Shown here piece by piece: positions 35,552 through 45,550 of a stretch of 64,000 nucleotides of DNA. The translations under genes were made by a program, and so were the position numbers. The notes below the pieces were generated by a model that saw only the letters and a list, made by a program, of their open reading frames with translations, did no database searches and had not been told where the DNA came from. The stretch's first letter is position 1, and every line of letters starts with the position of its first letter. Source of the stretch: Escherichia phage UE-S1; sequence record ON568341.1; one strand, 5' to 3'.

Positions 35552-36130
35552 TTGGAGGAATCTATGAGTACTGAATTAATTAAAGAAGTTACCTTACTTC
35601 TGAAGCATTGTTTTAAGTTCATTCCTGATACTGGTTCACGCCAGTACATTAAAGTTAATGAGAAATATAACATCAATATCCTTGTATCTGAAACTGCGAG
35701 CAGCTATGCTAACATTGAGTTGGATTCTGAAGAAAAATATACAGTATTACAAATCATAGCAGATGTACAACGTAAACAAGATTATCGTTCTTCATTTGAC
35801 AACGATTATCTGTGTGTTTGCTCAAACTTCAGTGAGAATAAAATTGTGTATAAGAATTTATACACACATGAAGTGATTGATACATATAATTATAAAATTT
35901 CATCTGATGAATACAATGTGCTAATGTTCAACGCAAACCTTTTGTATGATGCCAGTACTGTACGCTGTTTAGAGTTAGCATATAAAATTCCAAAGATCAT
36001 GGAAAGAAAAGATTTGATTCACTTTAAAACTATTTTAAAATACAGTACAAAAGAATTAGAAGATTTAGTACAGGCTCTTAAGAATTTCATTAATGAACAT
36101 GTACCTGTTAAATTCGAGGATGCACAATGA
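35552..36130 (+). CDS. hypothetical protein, possible divergent FamB
   Basis: RBS GGAGGAA; degenerate motif. Confidence 0.5.
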   Translation: MEESMSTELIKEVTLLLKHCFKFIPDTGSRQYIKVNEKYNINILVSETASSYANIELDSEEKYTVLQIIADVQRKQDYRSSFDNDYLCVCSNFSENKIVYKNLYTHEVIDTYNYKISSDEYNVLMFNANLLYDASTVRCLELAYKIPKIMERKDLIHFKTILKYSTKELEDLVQALKNFINEHVPVKFEDAQ

Positions 36131-36711
36131 ACCATATCAGAACTAAAATTTTGAGACTCATGCATGACATTTCAGAACTTTCAGAGATTCATGACATTAC
36201 AGAAATTGTTGAATTTGATGATTATCGACTGAAAATTGAAAACAAATCCAAACATCGTTTTGGTTCAGTTCAGTTGGATGTATATAAAACTTATGAATTT
36301 TCTAAAAAAATTAAAAGTTCATGGGATACGATTACTATGTACATTCGCACATCCAGAAATCGTGAACGTATTGGTTCTATTTCTTCTAATATGATATTTG
36401 CGAATGCATTACATGAAAAAATGAATAAAATTGTAGAATCTGATTTCAGTAAAGATGATGGTTTTATTGGTTTGGATGTTCCACCAGAATTAGATCAAAG
36501 TGAAGATATTCGAGATGCATTCATTTTCCAGAAATCATTGTTGGACAATTACAAAGAATTCGAGTACTTAATGCTTTGTTACGATACTGCAAAAATTCTT
36601 GATTGTGGTGAACTAGTTATGTACAATGATTTTATCAATTGCAAGACTGATGTTCTGAATACACTACTTCAAAATATAGAATCTGTTAAGGAAAAATATG
36701 AACGCTTATAG
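36127..36711 (+). CDS. FamB paralog
   Basis: motif DAFIFQKSLLDN. Confidence 0.55.
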   Translation: MNHIRTKILRLMHDISELSEIHDITEIVEFDDYRLKIENKSKHRFGSVQLDVYKTYEFSKKIKSSWDTITMYIRTSRNRERIGSISSNMIFANALHEKMNKIVESDFSKDDGFIGLDVPPELDQSEDIRDAFIFQKSLLDNYKEFEYLMLCYDTAKILDCGELVMYNDFINCKTDVLNTLLQNIESVKEKYERL

Positions 36712-37276
36712 TTATATGACAGAACGTCATCAGATATTATATGATATCAGTGCTAAAATGTTATCAATTGTTAGTAGTACAAAAGAAATTGAAAAACAAT
36801 ACCTCATCCGTGATGTAGCAATTTCATCTAAATGTTGGTCCAATGAATATTACGATCACGGTATTCTTACTATTTCTGGGGCTAGAAATATTTGTATTGT
36901 AAAAAATAAGAAAAAATGCAATGAAGAGTGTGAAATTAGTTCTGATATCCAAATAAAGGATGATGGAAGCTTTTCTCATCATCCATTCCATATTAGTACT
37001 ATTGGTGTTTTATATAATATTAAAGTACTATTCGGTGATGAAGAGTATGTGTTAAAAGCTATCAATCCAGAATCAAGTACAGTTGAAGAAGAACTGTTCC
37101 AGATGAGCACGGTTATACCTGAAGAGGTTCTTAGTACTGTTATTTTTTGTAGTTTAATTTATCATGAATACAAAAAGAACCAGTTCGATTTCCACATGTT
37201 AGGAACGTACATCTTCAATAATTTGAGCGTAGATCGTTTAAAAGCATTAAATTCAGCGATGGATAAGGTTCTATAA
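36698..37276 (+). CDS. FamB paralog
   Basis: motif EEELFQMSTVIP. Confidence 0.6.
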   Translation: MNAYSYMTERHQILYDISAKMLSIVSSTKEIEKQYLIRDVAISSKCWSNEYYDHGILTISGARNICIVKNKKKCNEECEISSDIQIKDDGSFSHHPFHISTIGVLYNIKVLFGDEEYVLKAINPESSTVEEELFQMSTVIPEEVLSTVIFCSLIYHEYKKNQFDFHMLGTYIFNNLSVDRLKALNSAMDKVL

Positions 37277-37704
37277 TGACAAGAGATGATTGTTTGTACA
37301 TATGGGATGTAGTTGAAAATACACTTTCAAATCCAGAAAATTATAAAACACAAAAAAGACAGCGACACAAAACATGGATAGATTTGTTCGTTGAGGACAT
37401 ACATGCAGTGACTATTTGGGATTCACCGAGGGCATCAGCATCTACTCTATTGGACAATGAATGCATTGATTGCATTAATTCCACTTTTCATCTACACGGT
37501 TCTACAATTTTTGGTACATTTCTGGATATTGAAAATAAAGATGATATTGATTCACTTGCGTTACAATATCAAGTACTGTATAATACTAAATTAATTTACG
37601 ATTTAGTACTAGCTTCTTATGTGTATAAATTAATGATGAAATATAATCACATTTCTGTATCAGTTTATACCAAGGATATTCTTTCATTAAGAGACAAAAC
37701 ATGA
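37276..37704 (+). CDS. hypothetical protein, possible divergent FamB
   Basis: degenerate motif SLALQYQVLYN. Confidence 0.45.
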   Translation: MTRDDCLYIWDVVENTLSNPENYKTQKRQRHKTWIDLFVEDIHAVTIWDSPRASASTLLDNECIDCINSTFHLHGSTIFGTFLDIENKDDIDSLALQYQVLYNTKLIYDLVLASYVYKLMMKYNHISVSVYTKDILSLRDKT

Positions 37705-38210
37705 GTTTATTAAATGCACGAGAATTAGTTGAGATGTATGAGATCTTATCTTCATATAAAAATTCCCCAAAAGATGTAATTCTCAACAAAAAGTTCCATG
37801 TCAATGTTGATCATATGAAAAATATAGATATGATTTCTTTAGTGGAAAGTAGTAAATCGGGTCTTGAGCGTGATATCATGCGTTTGATTTATATTACCAA
37901 ACCATCATATACTAATGATAGTTCAATTAGTAATGAGACGTTTTTGTACACTCCTTATACTGATTGTACTTTAGTTTCAGTGTCTAATCAGAAACAAGAT
38001 ACTATCCAATTCATCAATACCAGTACTGATAACATTGAAGAAAATGAATTCCAAAACAATACATTAAGTTCATGTAGTAGTGTTATAACCTTTATGTCAT
38101 ATCTGTGGTCAATAAAATCAAATGCAATTGTATATAGTTCTAATTACACACAAGATAGTATTGTTGAATCATATAAAGCTCTGAAGGAATACTATGAAAA
38201 TAACAAATGA
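37701..38210 (+). CDS. FamB-like paralog
   Basis: motif EENEFQNNTLSS. Confidence 0.5.
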   Translation: MSLLNARELVEMYEILSSYKNSPKDVILNKKFHVNVDHMKNIDMISLVESSKSGLERDIMRLIYITKPSYTNDSSISNETFLYTPYTDCTLVSVSNQKQDTIQFINTSTDNIEENEFQNNTLSSCSSVITFMSYLWSIKSNAIVYSSNYTQDSIVESYKALKEYYENNK

Positions 38211-38775
38211 TTTTTTTAAATGTTTAGTACACCCTATGCTGAGTGTTATGAAAAAATTACAGAATCTACCGGAAGACAACGATTACAAGTTTAATCGTTT
38301 TGATTCAGATGTATTTTGTATTGAAATTGAAATGAATAATAATCGTAATTTGCATTTAAAATTCAAAGAATCGTCAAGTCCGTATTACAACTTTGATATG
38401 AATTTTAAAATAGATACTGACATTGAAGAAAACGTAATATCAAATCATACTAGCAAAAATGGTTTTAAGCATAGAACTACTATGTACAATAATAAAAATA
38501 GTATTATATCTAAATGGTTTCACCAATTCACAAAAATTGGTGAAATTGAATATAGTGATTTTGGTGAAGAGCAATACTTTCAGTTGAGTACAATTCATGA
38601 ACTTCCACCATATGATTATGTTAAAACATGGTTTGATATTCATAATATAATTGATGATGCAATCAAACTTCCATTTGGGGTATCAATATCATATACTGCT
38701 CCTAAAACATTTGTTTTTACTGAAGATATGATTATGAAAAAGATATGGGCAATTATCCCACTTATGATGGATTAA
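38194..38775 (+). CDS. FamB paralog
   Basis: motif EEQYFQLSTIHE. Confidence 0.6.
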   Translation: MKITNDFFKCLVHPMLSVMKKLQNLPEDNDYKFNRFDSDVFCIEIEMNNNRNLHLKFKESSSPYYNFDMNFKIDTDIEENVISNHTSKNGFKHRTTMYNNKNSIISKWFHQFTKIGEIEYSDFGEEQYFQLSTIHELPPYDYVKTWFDIHNIIDDAIKLPFGVSISYTAPKTFVFTEDMIMKKIWAIIPLMMD

Positions 38776-38836
38776 ATTTATACCAGGGGTTGACTCTGGT
38801 ATTTTTGTATGATACATTATCCTAAAGGAGAATTTT

Positions 38837-39388
38837 ATGAACTACAATCATGATCTTTTTACATTATGTGCATCAAAATGTGTTGATGGTTGGGCAGATA
38901 AAATCAATACCATAATTCATCGATATCTCGTCTTTAGTTCCCGTGCACGAAGTGAGGGGGCTATGGATTTCAAATATACACTATCTATTGATGGTGTAAC
39001 TATCCATGCAGACGAAGAACGTCTGAGCATTAATTTGTATGATTCCTGTGTATTTGCTATTCACCAAAAGATGGGGACAGGATGGGGTTGTAATAACATT
39101 AACTCCAAAGCTATCTTTTGGGTTGGTCACCATCAGACAGTACTTGATCCTTCAATTAAATCTAATCTTTTATCCGATAATATGGTTTATGATTTATTGT
39201 ACTCCGAAGAACAACATTTTCAATTAAGTACATTGCATGATCTGGCACAGTACGAGGATTGTTACAAAACATTAGAACTATGCCATTCCCTTGAACTCAA
39301 AGATAAATTGATACAAGTTTACCCTTCATTCTTTCATGAAGAAGTACAATGCACACTAGAACATATTTTATATGGGTACGACAAATGA
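38837..39388 (+). CDS. FamB paralog
   Basis: motif EEQHFQLSTLHD; RBS AAAGGAGAA. Confidence 0.6.
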   Translation: MNYNHDLFTLCASKCVDGWADKINTIIHRYLVFSSRARSEGAMDFKYTLSIDGVTIHADEERLSINLYDSCVFAIHQKMGTGWGCNNINSKAIFWVGHHQTVLDPSIKSNLLSDNMVYDLLYSEEQHFQLSTLHDLAQYEDCYKTLELCHSLELKDKLIQVYPSFFHEEVQCTLEHILYGYDK

Positions 39389-39987
39389 GAAAAAGTTATC
39401 AAGAAACTATTGACCTAATTAGAGAAGTTATTAAAGTGGCCCCTGGTGCGATAGCATTCAAGAAGTCCCTATATAAAAAGTATGGCTCCATGTCAAATAT
39501 GTGTTGTCAAAAGAAACGTAGTAAATTCACTACGCAGTACTGGCATGATTCTATTATCCTTAGTAATGAACATCAGCGTATTTTAACAATCGAATCAGTA
39601 GATAATCAATATGGTGAAGGAATGATTTGTGTACCTGATTATGATGAAATTAACTTCAACTGCGGTGATTTTGAAACAACATTATTACTTCACGAGGGTT
39701 ATCCAGAAGGTGATGTATTAGCTGAGTACAATCCAAAAACTAAAATTCTCAAAAGAGGAATCCAGTTCACTATTAATAACAAAGATGATGTTGAAGCAGC
39801 ACTAATGCAACTGAGTACAAGTGAACCTATTACTATTAGTGTAGAAGAGTTATGGGGAATTATTTCAGTCCTCAATGAATGCTACAAAGTAAAATCATTG
39901 CGTAATCACACCCTTATATTGCATACTAATATGGCAAATATAAAATGTAAGCACATTCAAGAAATGGCGGTTCCAGATGGACTTTAA
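39385..39987 (+). CDS. FamB-like divergent paralog
   Basis: motif EAALMQLSTSEP; ATGA overlap. Confidence 0.5.
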   Translation: MRKSYQETIDLIREVIKVAPGAIAFKKSLYKKYGSMSNMCCQKKRSKFTTQYWHDSIILSNEHQRILTIESVDNQYGEGMICVPDYDEINFNCGDFETTLLLHEGYPEGDVLAEYNPKTKILKRGIQFTINNKDDVEAALMQLSTSEPITISVEELWGIISVLNECYKVKSLRNHTLILHTNMANIKCKHIQEMAVPDGL

Positions 39988-40561
39988 AGAAATTGAAAGT
40001 AAATTAAAGTACTTCAAAGATATCAAACTTCTTTGGGAAAAGTATAAAATTGATTACAAATTCAGTGATGATGAGACAATAAAATCCATTGATATTAATA
40101 TCAAAATCAAGTTCAAGAATAATAATTATGGTGAAGTAAGCTTAAATCATACTGGTGTATCACTCAGGGACTATGATGGTTCAACACTCGCATATTTCGA
40201 CTTCATTCCAGAACCAGGTGAAACACTACTTAGTGAGATAAATTCCTATGATATGGAAATATTCGGCGGGAATCCGTTACTGTTCCGACTGTCTGAAGAG
40301 TGGAGTGAAGAATACTACACTTACAAAGATGGTGTAGTACTTGACATTAATGGAGAAGTTGTGAATGACTTGGAAGAACGTTTGTTCCAAGAATTGTGTG
40401 TTTCAAATACTTCATATGCATACAATCATATCCTTGACATGTTTGATTTATATAGTAAAATAGATGCTGAAATGAATGCACATGGTATTCATTACCTTAC
40501 AATTAACGACTATGCTCAACTCGAAACCGCTGTGAAAGCATTGACTAAAGTACTGAAATAG
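39977..40561 (+). CDS. FamB-like paralog
   Basis: motif EERLFQELCVSN. Confidence 0.5.
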   Translation: MDFKEIESKLKYFKDIKLLWEKYKIDYKFSDDETIKSIDINIKIKFKNNNYGEVSLNHTGVSLRDYDGSTLAYFDFIPEPGETLLSEINSYDMEIFGGNPLLFRLSEEWSEEYYTYKDGVVLDINGEVVNDLEERLFQELCVSNTSYAYNHILDMFDLYSKIDAEMNAHGIHYLTINDYAQLETAVKALTKVLK

Positions 40562-40570
40562 GAATGAAAT

Positions 40571-40984
40571 ATGAAACTGTATCATGCGAGTACTGTAAAA
40601 ATTGATAACTTTTATATCCCGTATGGTGGTCTTCATATGGGAGGTAAACACAGTGCTTTGGAAGCTGCATTACGCAAGCTGAGAAGCCCACTGAACGTAG
40701 TAGACGCATGTACAGTATACTTGCATACCTTAGAAGTTGATGTTGATAACGTGCTTCTGTGTGAAGATTTAGGCAGTGATGATGAGTGGCGTTCACTTAT
40801 TGAGAATTGCACTGCTCAAGGTTATGATGCTGTTCAGTACAAAAATGATTACGAGCCAGACAATGTTCCTAGCTTTATGATTTGGGATGCATCTAAAGTT
40901 CGCATCATTGAAGTTGATGCTATGCATATGGATGAAGCTGAAATGATTATCGAAGATTTTCTTGATGAATATGAAGGTGTATAA
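40571..40984 (+). CDS. hypothetical protein (137 aa)
   Basis: ORF track; no family motif. Confidence 0.5.
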   Translation: MKLYHASTVKIDNFYIPYGGLHMGGKHSALEAALRKLRSPLNVVDACTVYLHTLEVDVDNVLLCEDLGSDDEWRSLIENCTAQGYDAVQYKNDYEPDNVPSFMIWDASKVRIIEVDAMHMDEAEMIIEDFLDEYEGV

Positions 40985-41520
40985 TGACTGACCCGATGGT
41001 AGCACTGGCACGTACTAAGTTACTATTAAAGATTGGTGAGATTTTTACGGTTCTTCTGTCCAATAATATTGATATTACTGAGCTAGATATTAAGCAACCG
41101 TGGGAAGTGACTATGTTCTCGGCGTTCCACCGATTGTCATATAAAGGTGAAAGTGTTCTTGATTTTAACCCTAAAGCAAAATTCATAGATTATGCTGCGT
41201 TGTACAGAGAGTTGCACCGAAATATTTATTCCGGTTGTATAACCAATAACTTCAAAGAAATTAAAGTTCAAACTGCATCACATGAGTTCAATGATTTACT
41301 CTATCCAGAATTTAATCTAACTGAAGAATTACTTTTTCAGTACTCGTTAATTCTCACAAATCTAGAATCACTCGAGTACTACACAAAGTTAGTAGATATT
41401 TTTATGAATACACGACTTTCAAAAGATATTGTGATATTCTGGTATACAGAGCATGTTACGGAGGAATTGCTTACTGAATTTCTTCTAAATATGACAGCTA
41501 TAAAGGAGAAGTTATGTTAG
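40984..41520 (+). CDS. FamB paralog
   Basis: motif EELLFQYSLILT. Confidence 0.6.
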   Translation: MTDPMVALARTKLLLKIGEIFTVLLSNNIDITELDIKQPWEVTMFSAFHRLSYKGESVLDFNPKAKFIDYAALYRELHRNIYSGCITNNFKEIKVQTASHEFNDLLYPEFNLTEELLFQYSLILTNLESLEYYTKLVDIFMNTRLSKDIVIFWYTEHVTEELLTEFLLNMTAIKEKLC

Positions 41521-41987
41521 ATATTTTAGGAAACATCGATACTGCAAATTATTTTATCCAAGACGCACTGTTTAATACACTACAAAAAGGTTTAGAAGTT
41601 CGTTACAACGTATATCAAGGTGATGGATATTTTGTTGATATTCTAGAAACACGTAAAAATACATTTAATGTTAACATTACGACGTTTGGAAGACAGAACA
41701 TTGCACGAATTTTAGTAAGTAAAGATGAAATAGTACTGAGATACAGTGCTAAGTTTATGTTGACGTACAAGAAAAAAACAGACATGTTCAGTACTAATTT
41801 ATTTGATGAACCATTTGACCTTGTAGATATTGAAGCTACTTTCTTTACTCAAAGTACTATGGTAAAATACACTGATGTTCAATTTTCATCAGACGTTATG
41901 TCTGAAACATTACAAATGATCAAGGTATTATTTTATGCATTTGAGCAATTCAGAGAAGAAAGAAACAAGGTTAACAACCACAGATGA
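41514..41987 (+). CDS. FamB-like divergent paralog
   Basis: motif EATFFTQSTMVK. Confidence 0.5.
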   Translation: MLDILGNIDTANYFIQDALFNTLQKGLEVRYNVYQGDGYFVDILETRKNTFNVNITTFGRQNIARILVSKDEIVLRYSAKFMLTYKKKTDMFSTNLFDEPFDLVDIEATFFTQSTMVKYTDVQFSSDVMSETLQMIKVLFYAFEQFREERNKVNNHR

Positions 41988-42348
41988 ACTAATAGAGGCG
42001 ATCACTAAGGAGTCAAAATACCACAAAGGGATTCGTCTATATTTTATAGATCTTGGTTCGATGGAAGGTACATACATTTATGGTTCACAATCATTGTCTT
42101 ATGATGCAATGCCAGATAAACATGTTAAAATCTTTCTAGGTTCAAGTAATAAAACTTTCTTGACAATTAATGATAACAGTGTTATTATGAATTCCCTGGG
42201 TCATGACAAAGTAGAAATTGACCTAAACACATTAGAAGAAATGGATTTTTTTCAATACGAGTGTTTAGGCGTTGACTTACATGGTATCAGTAGTGATATG
42301 ATAAAATCATTAATTAAATATTTCGAAGGTGTTTATAAATGTATCTAA
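41935..42348 (+). CDS. FamB-like paralog
   Basis: motif EEMDFFQYECLG; start uncertain (53-nt overlap). Confidence 0.45.
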   Translation: MHLSNSEKKETRLTTTDELIEAITKESKYHKGIRLYFIDLGSMEGTYIYGSQSLSYDAMPDKHVKIFLGSSNKTFLTINDNSVIMNSLGHDKVEIDLNTLEEMDFFQYECLGVDLHGISSDMIKSLIKYFEGVYKCI

Positions 42349-42845
42349 CTAAATCGATGAAAAATTCATTAGATAATATAAAGAGTGTAATTAGTGGTGA
42401 GTATATTGCTAGTGTAACACAAACTGCTGACCAGATACAAAGTAGTTCTAGTGATTGTACTGTGATTCTCGGTTTACACAGTCTACGTTTATCAATAGTA
42501 AATAATATTGACAACACTGCTATTGTAATCACACCATGTCATATTCAAAATGAGAATGGTGTATATCTTCATCACATGGGAACAGTATTTTACATTTTCA
42601 ATACAAACAATACACTCGAAACAATTGTCAAAGAATATAATACACTTAACATTGATCCGGGTGAATTATTTCAGATGAGTACGTTGTATTCATGTGATTT
42701 TACAGATACCTCACATATTTTACCATTTTTCTTGGAAATTCTAAAGAAAATGGAAAAATTAAATCGTGAATACAATAAAAAAATGGTTCCAGAAGCTATA
42801 TTAAATATTACTGATGCTATGAAAAAATATAAAGCAGTGCCTTAA
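42339..42845 (+). CDS. FamB paralog
   Basis: motif PGELFQMSTLYS. Confidence 0.6.
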   Translation: MYLTKSMKNSLDNIKSVISGEYIASVTQTADQIQSSSSDCTVILGLHSLRLSIVNNIDNTAIVITPCHIQNENGVYLHHMGTVFYIFNTNNTLETIVKEYNTLNIDPGELFQMSTLYSCDFTDTSHILPFFLEILKKMEKLNREYNKKMVPEAILNITDAMKKYKAVP

Positions 42846-42890
42846 TAAAAAAAACGCACATGGAGTGCATATGAAGATCAAGGATAGATC

Positions 42891-43364
42891 ATGGAGATTA
42901 AAACTGTTGAAAATGGGAAAATTGATGACATTTTAGACTTGGACGCATTCAAAGTTCATGATATAATGTTTAATGTGAAGGACATTATTCAATGTCTGTT
43001 TTTATGCAGCAAGACTATGCATGATTTTTTTCACAACCCGAATACTAATGTTTTTATACTTACAATCAGTACTGAAAACTCGTTTATCATGGGTATGCCC
43101 ATGAGTACAAATGAACAGTATATTGATTGTGTTATTCGCAATAATGATTGTATTACCCCACAATCTGAAGTTCGCAAAAAGAAAAACACTTACACAATCA
43201 AAGATGATAAAATCATGATGTGTTGCAGTAAAGGATTTATATTGGACAATTTCATCGTCAAAGATAGTTATCATGACTTTAAAATTTCCGAAAATCAATC
43301 CAATGTAGTTCTTTATGCTAGTGATATCGAAAGTTTAACAGTCAAAGATCCTAGTTTGGAGTAA
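42891..43364 (+). CDS. hypothetical protein (157 aa)
   Basis: ORF track. Confidence 0.5.
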   Translation: MEIKTVENGKIDDILDLDAFKVHDIMFNVKDIIQCLFLCSKTMHDFFHNPNTNVFILTISTENSFIMGMPMSTNEQYIDCVIRNNDCITPQSEVRKKKNTYTIKDDKIMMCCSKGFILDNFIVKDSYHDFKISENQSNVVLYASDIESLTVKDPSLE

Positions 43365-43366
43365 GT

Positions 43367-43498
43367 ATGGCTAAGAAAGTAAACAATTTCGTACAGAAAC
43401 ACATGAATGAGTTTAACAAGCCTCAGACACATGTGGATCGTAAAAAAGAAATGAAAAATGGTAAAGTAAAACACAAGTCGAGATTTATTCTCGACTAA
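43367..43498 (+). CDS. hypothetical small basic protein (43 aa)
   Basis: ATG after GGAGT RBS; lysine-rich; ends inside terminator hairpin; not in track. Confidence 0.3.
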   Translation: MAKKVNNFVQKHMNEFNKPQTHVDRKKEMKNGKVKHKSRFILD

Positions 43499-43505
43499 TT
43501 TTTTG
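43477..43505 (+). terminator. rho-independent terminator
   Basis: GTCGAG / CTCGAC stem followed by TTTTTT. Confidence 0.5.
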
Positions 43506-43527
43506 TCTAAATTTTTGAGGATTGTAT

Positions 43528-44376
43528 ATGTTGGACATTTCAGATTTTCTTAATTTTAAAAAGTATTCAGTACTTGAACATATCAACGAATTTCTGAATT
43601 CCCCAACACCATTTGGTATCAGTACATCAGATTCATACGATGGATATAGAATCTTCCCATGCAATGACTTTCAAATTTCTGTCAAAAAAGGTTTTACAAA
43701 AGAAGTTGCAATTCGTGATGTAGTAATGTATAGCGATTCTTCTATTTCTTACTGTCATGATGTGAACAATTTTGAATCTCTTTCAACACCTAATTGTTCA
43801 TACTACAAATCCCATGACACGATGATGTATAAAGAACAACATATCAATGGTGTTTCGTTCTACAAAACTAGCAGTGATAAATCATATACATCTAGAGATG
43901 ATTTTGGAAAATACACATGTACTATGCACACGGATAATGAAAAAACAAATTACACTCATTCATTCGAGTCCAAATTCCAAGAGAGTGAAGTTTCAAATAT
44001 CACTATACAAGAACAGGTTTCAGAAGGCATTGTATATCGTAGTACTGCATTCTTTCGCATGAAAGATGTTGCCACAGGCAGACCAATGATGTACAATATT
44101 GACATATACATGAAAGGTGATATATCAGAAGTAGTGATTAGTACTGGTTATCGTGAAAAATATACAGTTACAATGGAATCACCAGATGCATCGTTAGTTC
44201 ACCTCTTTAACAATTTATATACATTCCAATTCGAACTTAGTTTAGACTACAATGAATATCAAATATTCGATATATTAAAAAGTAATATTATTAATAAGTT
44301 AGAATATTACTACAAGTTAGGTGGTAAGATGTGCATAGTTAATACTATGTTACATAACATAAAAGAAACATTATAA
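43528..44376 (+). CDS. hypothetical protein, possible divergent FamB (283 aa)
   Basis: ATG 43528 after GAGG RBS; C-terminal YTFQFELSLDY. Confidence 0.5.
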   Translation: MLDISDFLNFKKYSVLEHINEFLNSPTPFGISTSDSYDGYRIFPCNDFQISVKKGFTKEVAIRDVVMYSDSSISYCHDVNNFESLSTPNCSYYKSHDTMMYKEQHINGVSFYKTSSDKSYTSRDDFGKYTCTMHTDNEKTNYTHSFESKFQESEVSNITIQEQVSEGIVYRSTAFFRMKDVATGRPMMYNIDIYMKGDISEVVISTGYREKYTVTMESPDASLVHLFNNLYTFQFELSLDYNEYQIFDILKSNIINKLEYYYKLGGKMCIVNTMLHNIKETL

Positions 44377-44392
44377 ATCTGGAGGATTTGGT

Positions 44393-44686
44393 ATGGATAC
44401 TAAATTCAAAATTATTTTTAAAACTAAGCCGTATATTCCACATACAGCAGAACGTTTTATACCACATGATGCAGAGGAAATTATTCATCAAGATGGTACA
44501 AAGTTATATCTAGTGCCATGTTCATATGAACGTGCAGTAGAAATGTTACTCATGAATTCTAAATTATGTACAAACAAGTACATTAGTTACTTATATAATG
44601 AACATATTTTAGATTTTAATGATGAAAATATGTTTATTCTGGCAATTGAAGATTTTAATAATTGGTACAACATTATTAAAATCTGA
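44393..44686 (+). CDS. hypothetical protein (97 aa)
   Basis: RBS GGAGGA upstream. Confidence 0.5.
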   Translation: MDTKFKIIFKTKPYIPHTAERFIPHDAEEIIHQDGTKLYLVPCSYERAVEMLLMNSKLCTNKYISYLYNEHILDFNDENMFILAIEDFNNWYNIIKI

Positions 44687-44693
44687 TAAAATA

Positions 44694-44731
44694 TTGTGAA
44701 CATATTAAATCTTTATGATATAATGTTCACA
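44694..44731 (+). promoter_or_regulatory. promoter flanked by 9-bp inverted repeat (TGTGAACAT / ATGTTCACA)
   Basis: TTGTGA -35 and TATAAT 44719-44724 lie inside a perfect palindrome; candidate operator. Confidence 0.45.
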
Positions 44732-44756
44732 TCTTTTTTTGATAATGGAGATATAG

Positions 44757-45143
44757 ATGAATACAAGTTCAATCCTAAAAGCAATTGGTGGTGTTTTACT
44801 TATTGAAGTGAAAGGTGAACCAAAACTGTGCTGTTTGGAAGATATGAAGAATACAAAACACTTCAGTACTGGTCAGATTTTTAATGCCATTCGTGTTCTA
44901 AATGATAAATCAATCGCTGATTATGGTAAAGTTTGGCCTGTATATCAAAACGCAGATGGTGATATCAGTTCTGACTGGAAAACCATTGAAGCAGTCCGAC
45001 AAAGTTGTGATAGCGACTGGGACTTCATTGTAGAAGTATGTGACCAACTTCAAGAAGATGTACCAGAAATTGTGGAACGAAAGGAAGTTCTGGCAAATCT
45101 AGAAAAGTTCCGTCATGGAACACTACCATATGATACAATCTAA
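44757..45143 (+). CDS. hypothetical protein (128 aa)
   Basis: RBS GGAGATA; downstream of palindromic promoter. Confidence 0.5.
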   Translation: MNTSSILKAIGGVLLIEVKGEPKLCCLEDMKNTKHFSTGQIFNAIRVLNDKSIADYGKVWPVYQNADGDISSDWKTIEAVRQSCDSDWDFIVEVCDQLQEDVPEIVERKEVLANLEKFRHGTLPYDTI

Positions 45144-45193
45144 TCTACTTATTAAAAAATAGCTAGTTAACATTATATAAAAAGGAATTTAAA

Positions 45194-45499
45194 ATGGAAG
45201 ATAATGGAATGAAATTTGATATGTTTGAGGGTGTACCTGAGTTTGATTTTAACAAACTAGAAAATGGTGAAGAGTCAGAACTCGTTAGTGTTACACTTAA
45301 AGCAGATTCTAAAAAGAAATATTCATCAACGGTACGTTCACGTTCACAAGAAGAATATGAATCTTTCATTGAGAGTATTCATTATGAAACATTATATCAT
45401 AAAGATGGAACTCCATATGAAGTACGTGTAACAGTACTGAAGCCTGAAGTGAATCCAATGGAAAATCTACGTCCTGTTTACTGCTGGGCAAGTCACTAA
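45194..45499 (+). CDS. hypothetical protein (101 aa)
   Basis: RBS AAGGAA; terminator follows. Confidence 0.5.
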   Translation: MEDNGMKFDMFEGVPEFDFNKLENGEESELVSVTLKADSKKKYSSTVRSRSQEEYESFIESIHYETLYHKDGTPYEVRVTVLKPEVNPMENLRPVYCWASH

Positions 45500-45508
45500 T
45501 AAACCAAT

Positions 45509-45537
45509 GGACGGGATTTCATATCTCGTCCTTTTTT
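45509..45537 (+). terminator. rho-independent terminator
   Basis: GGACGGGAT / ATCTCGTCC imperfect stem plus TTTTTT. Confidence 0.5.
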
Positions 45538-45550
45538 ATATGGAGATTTT

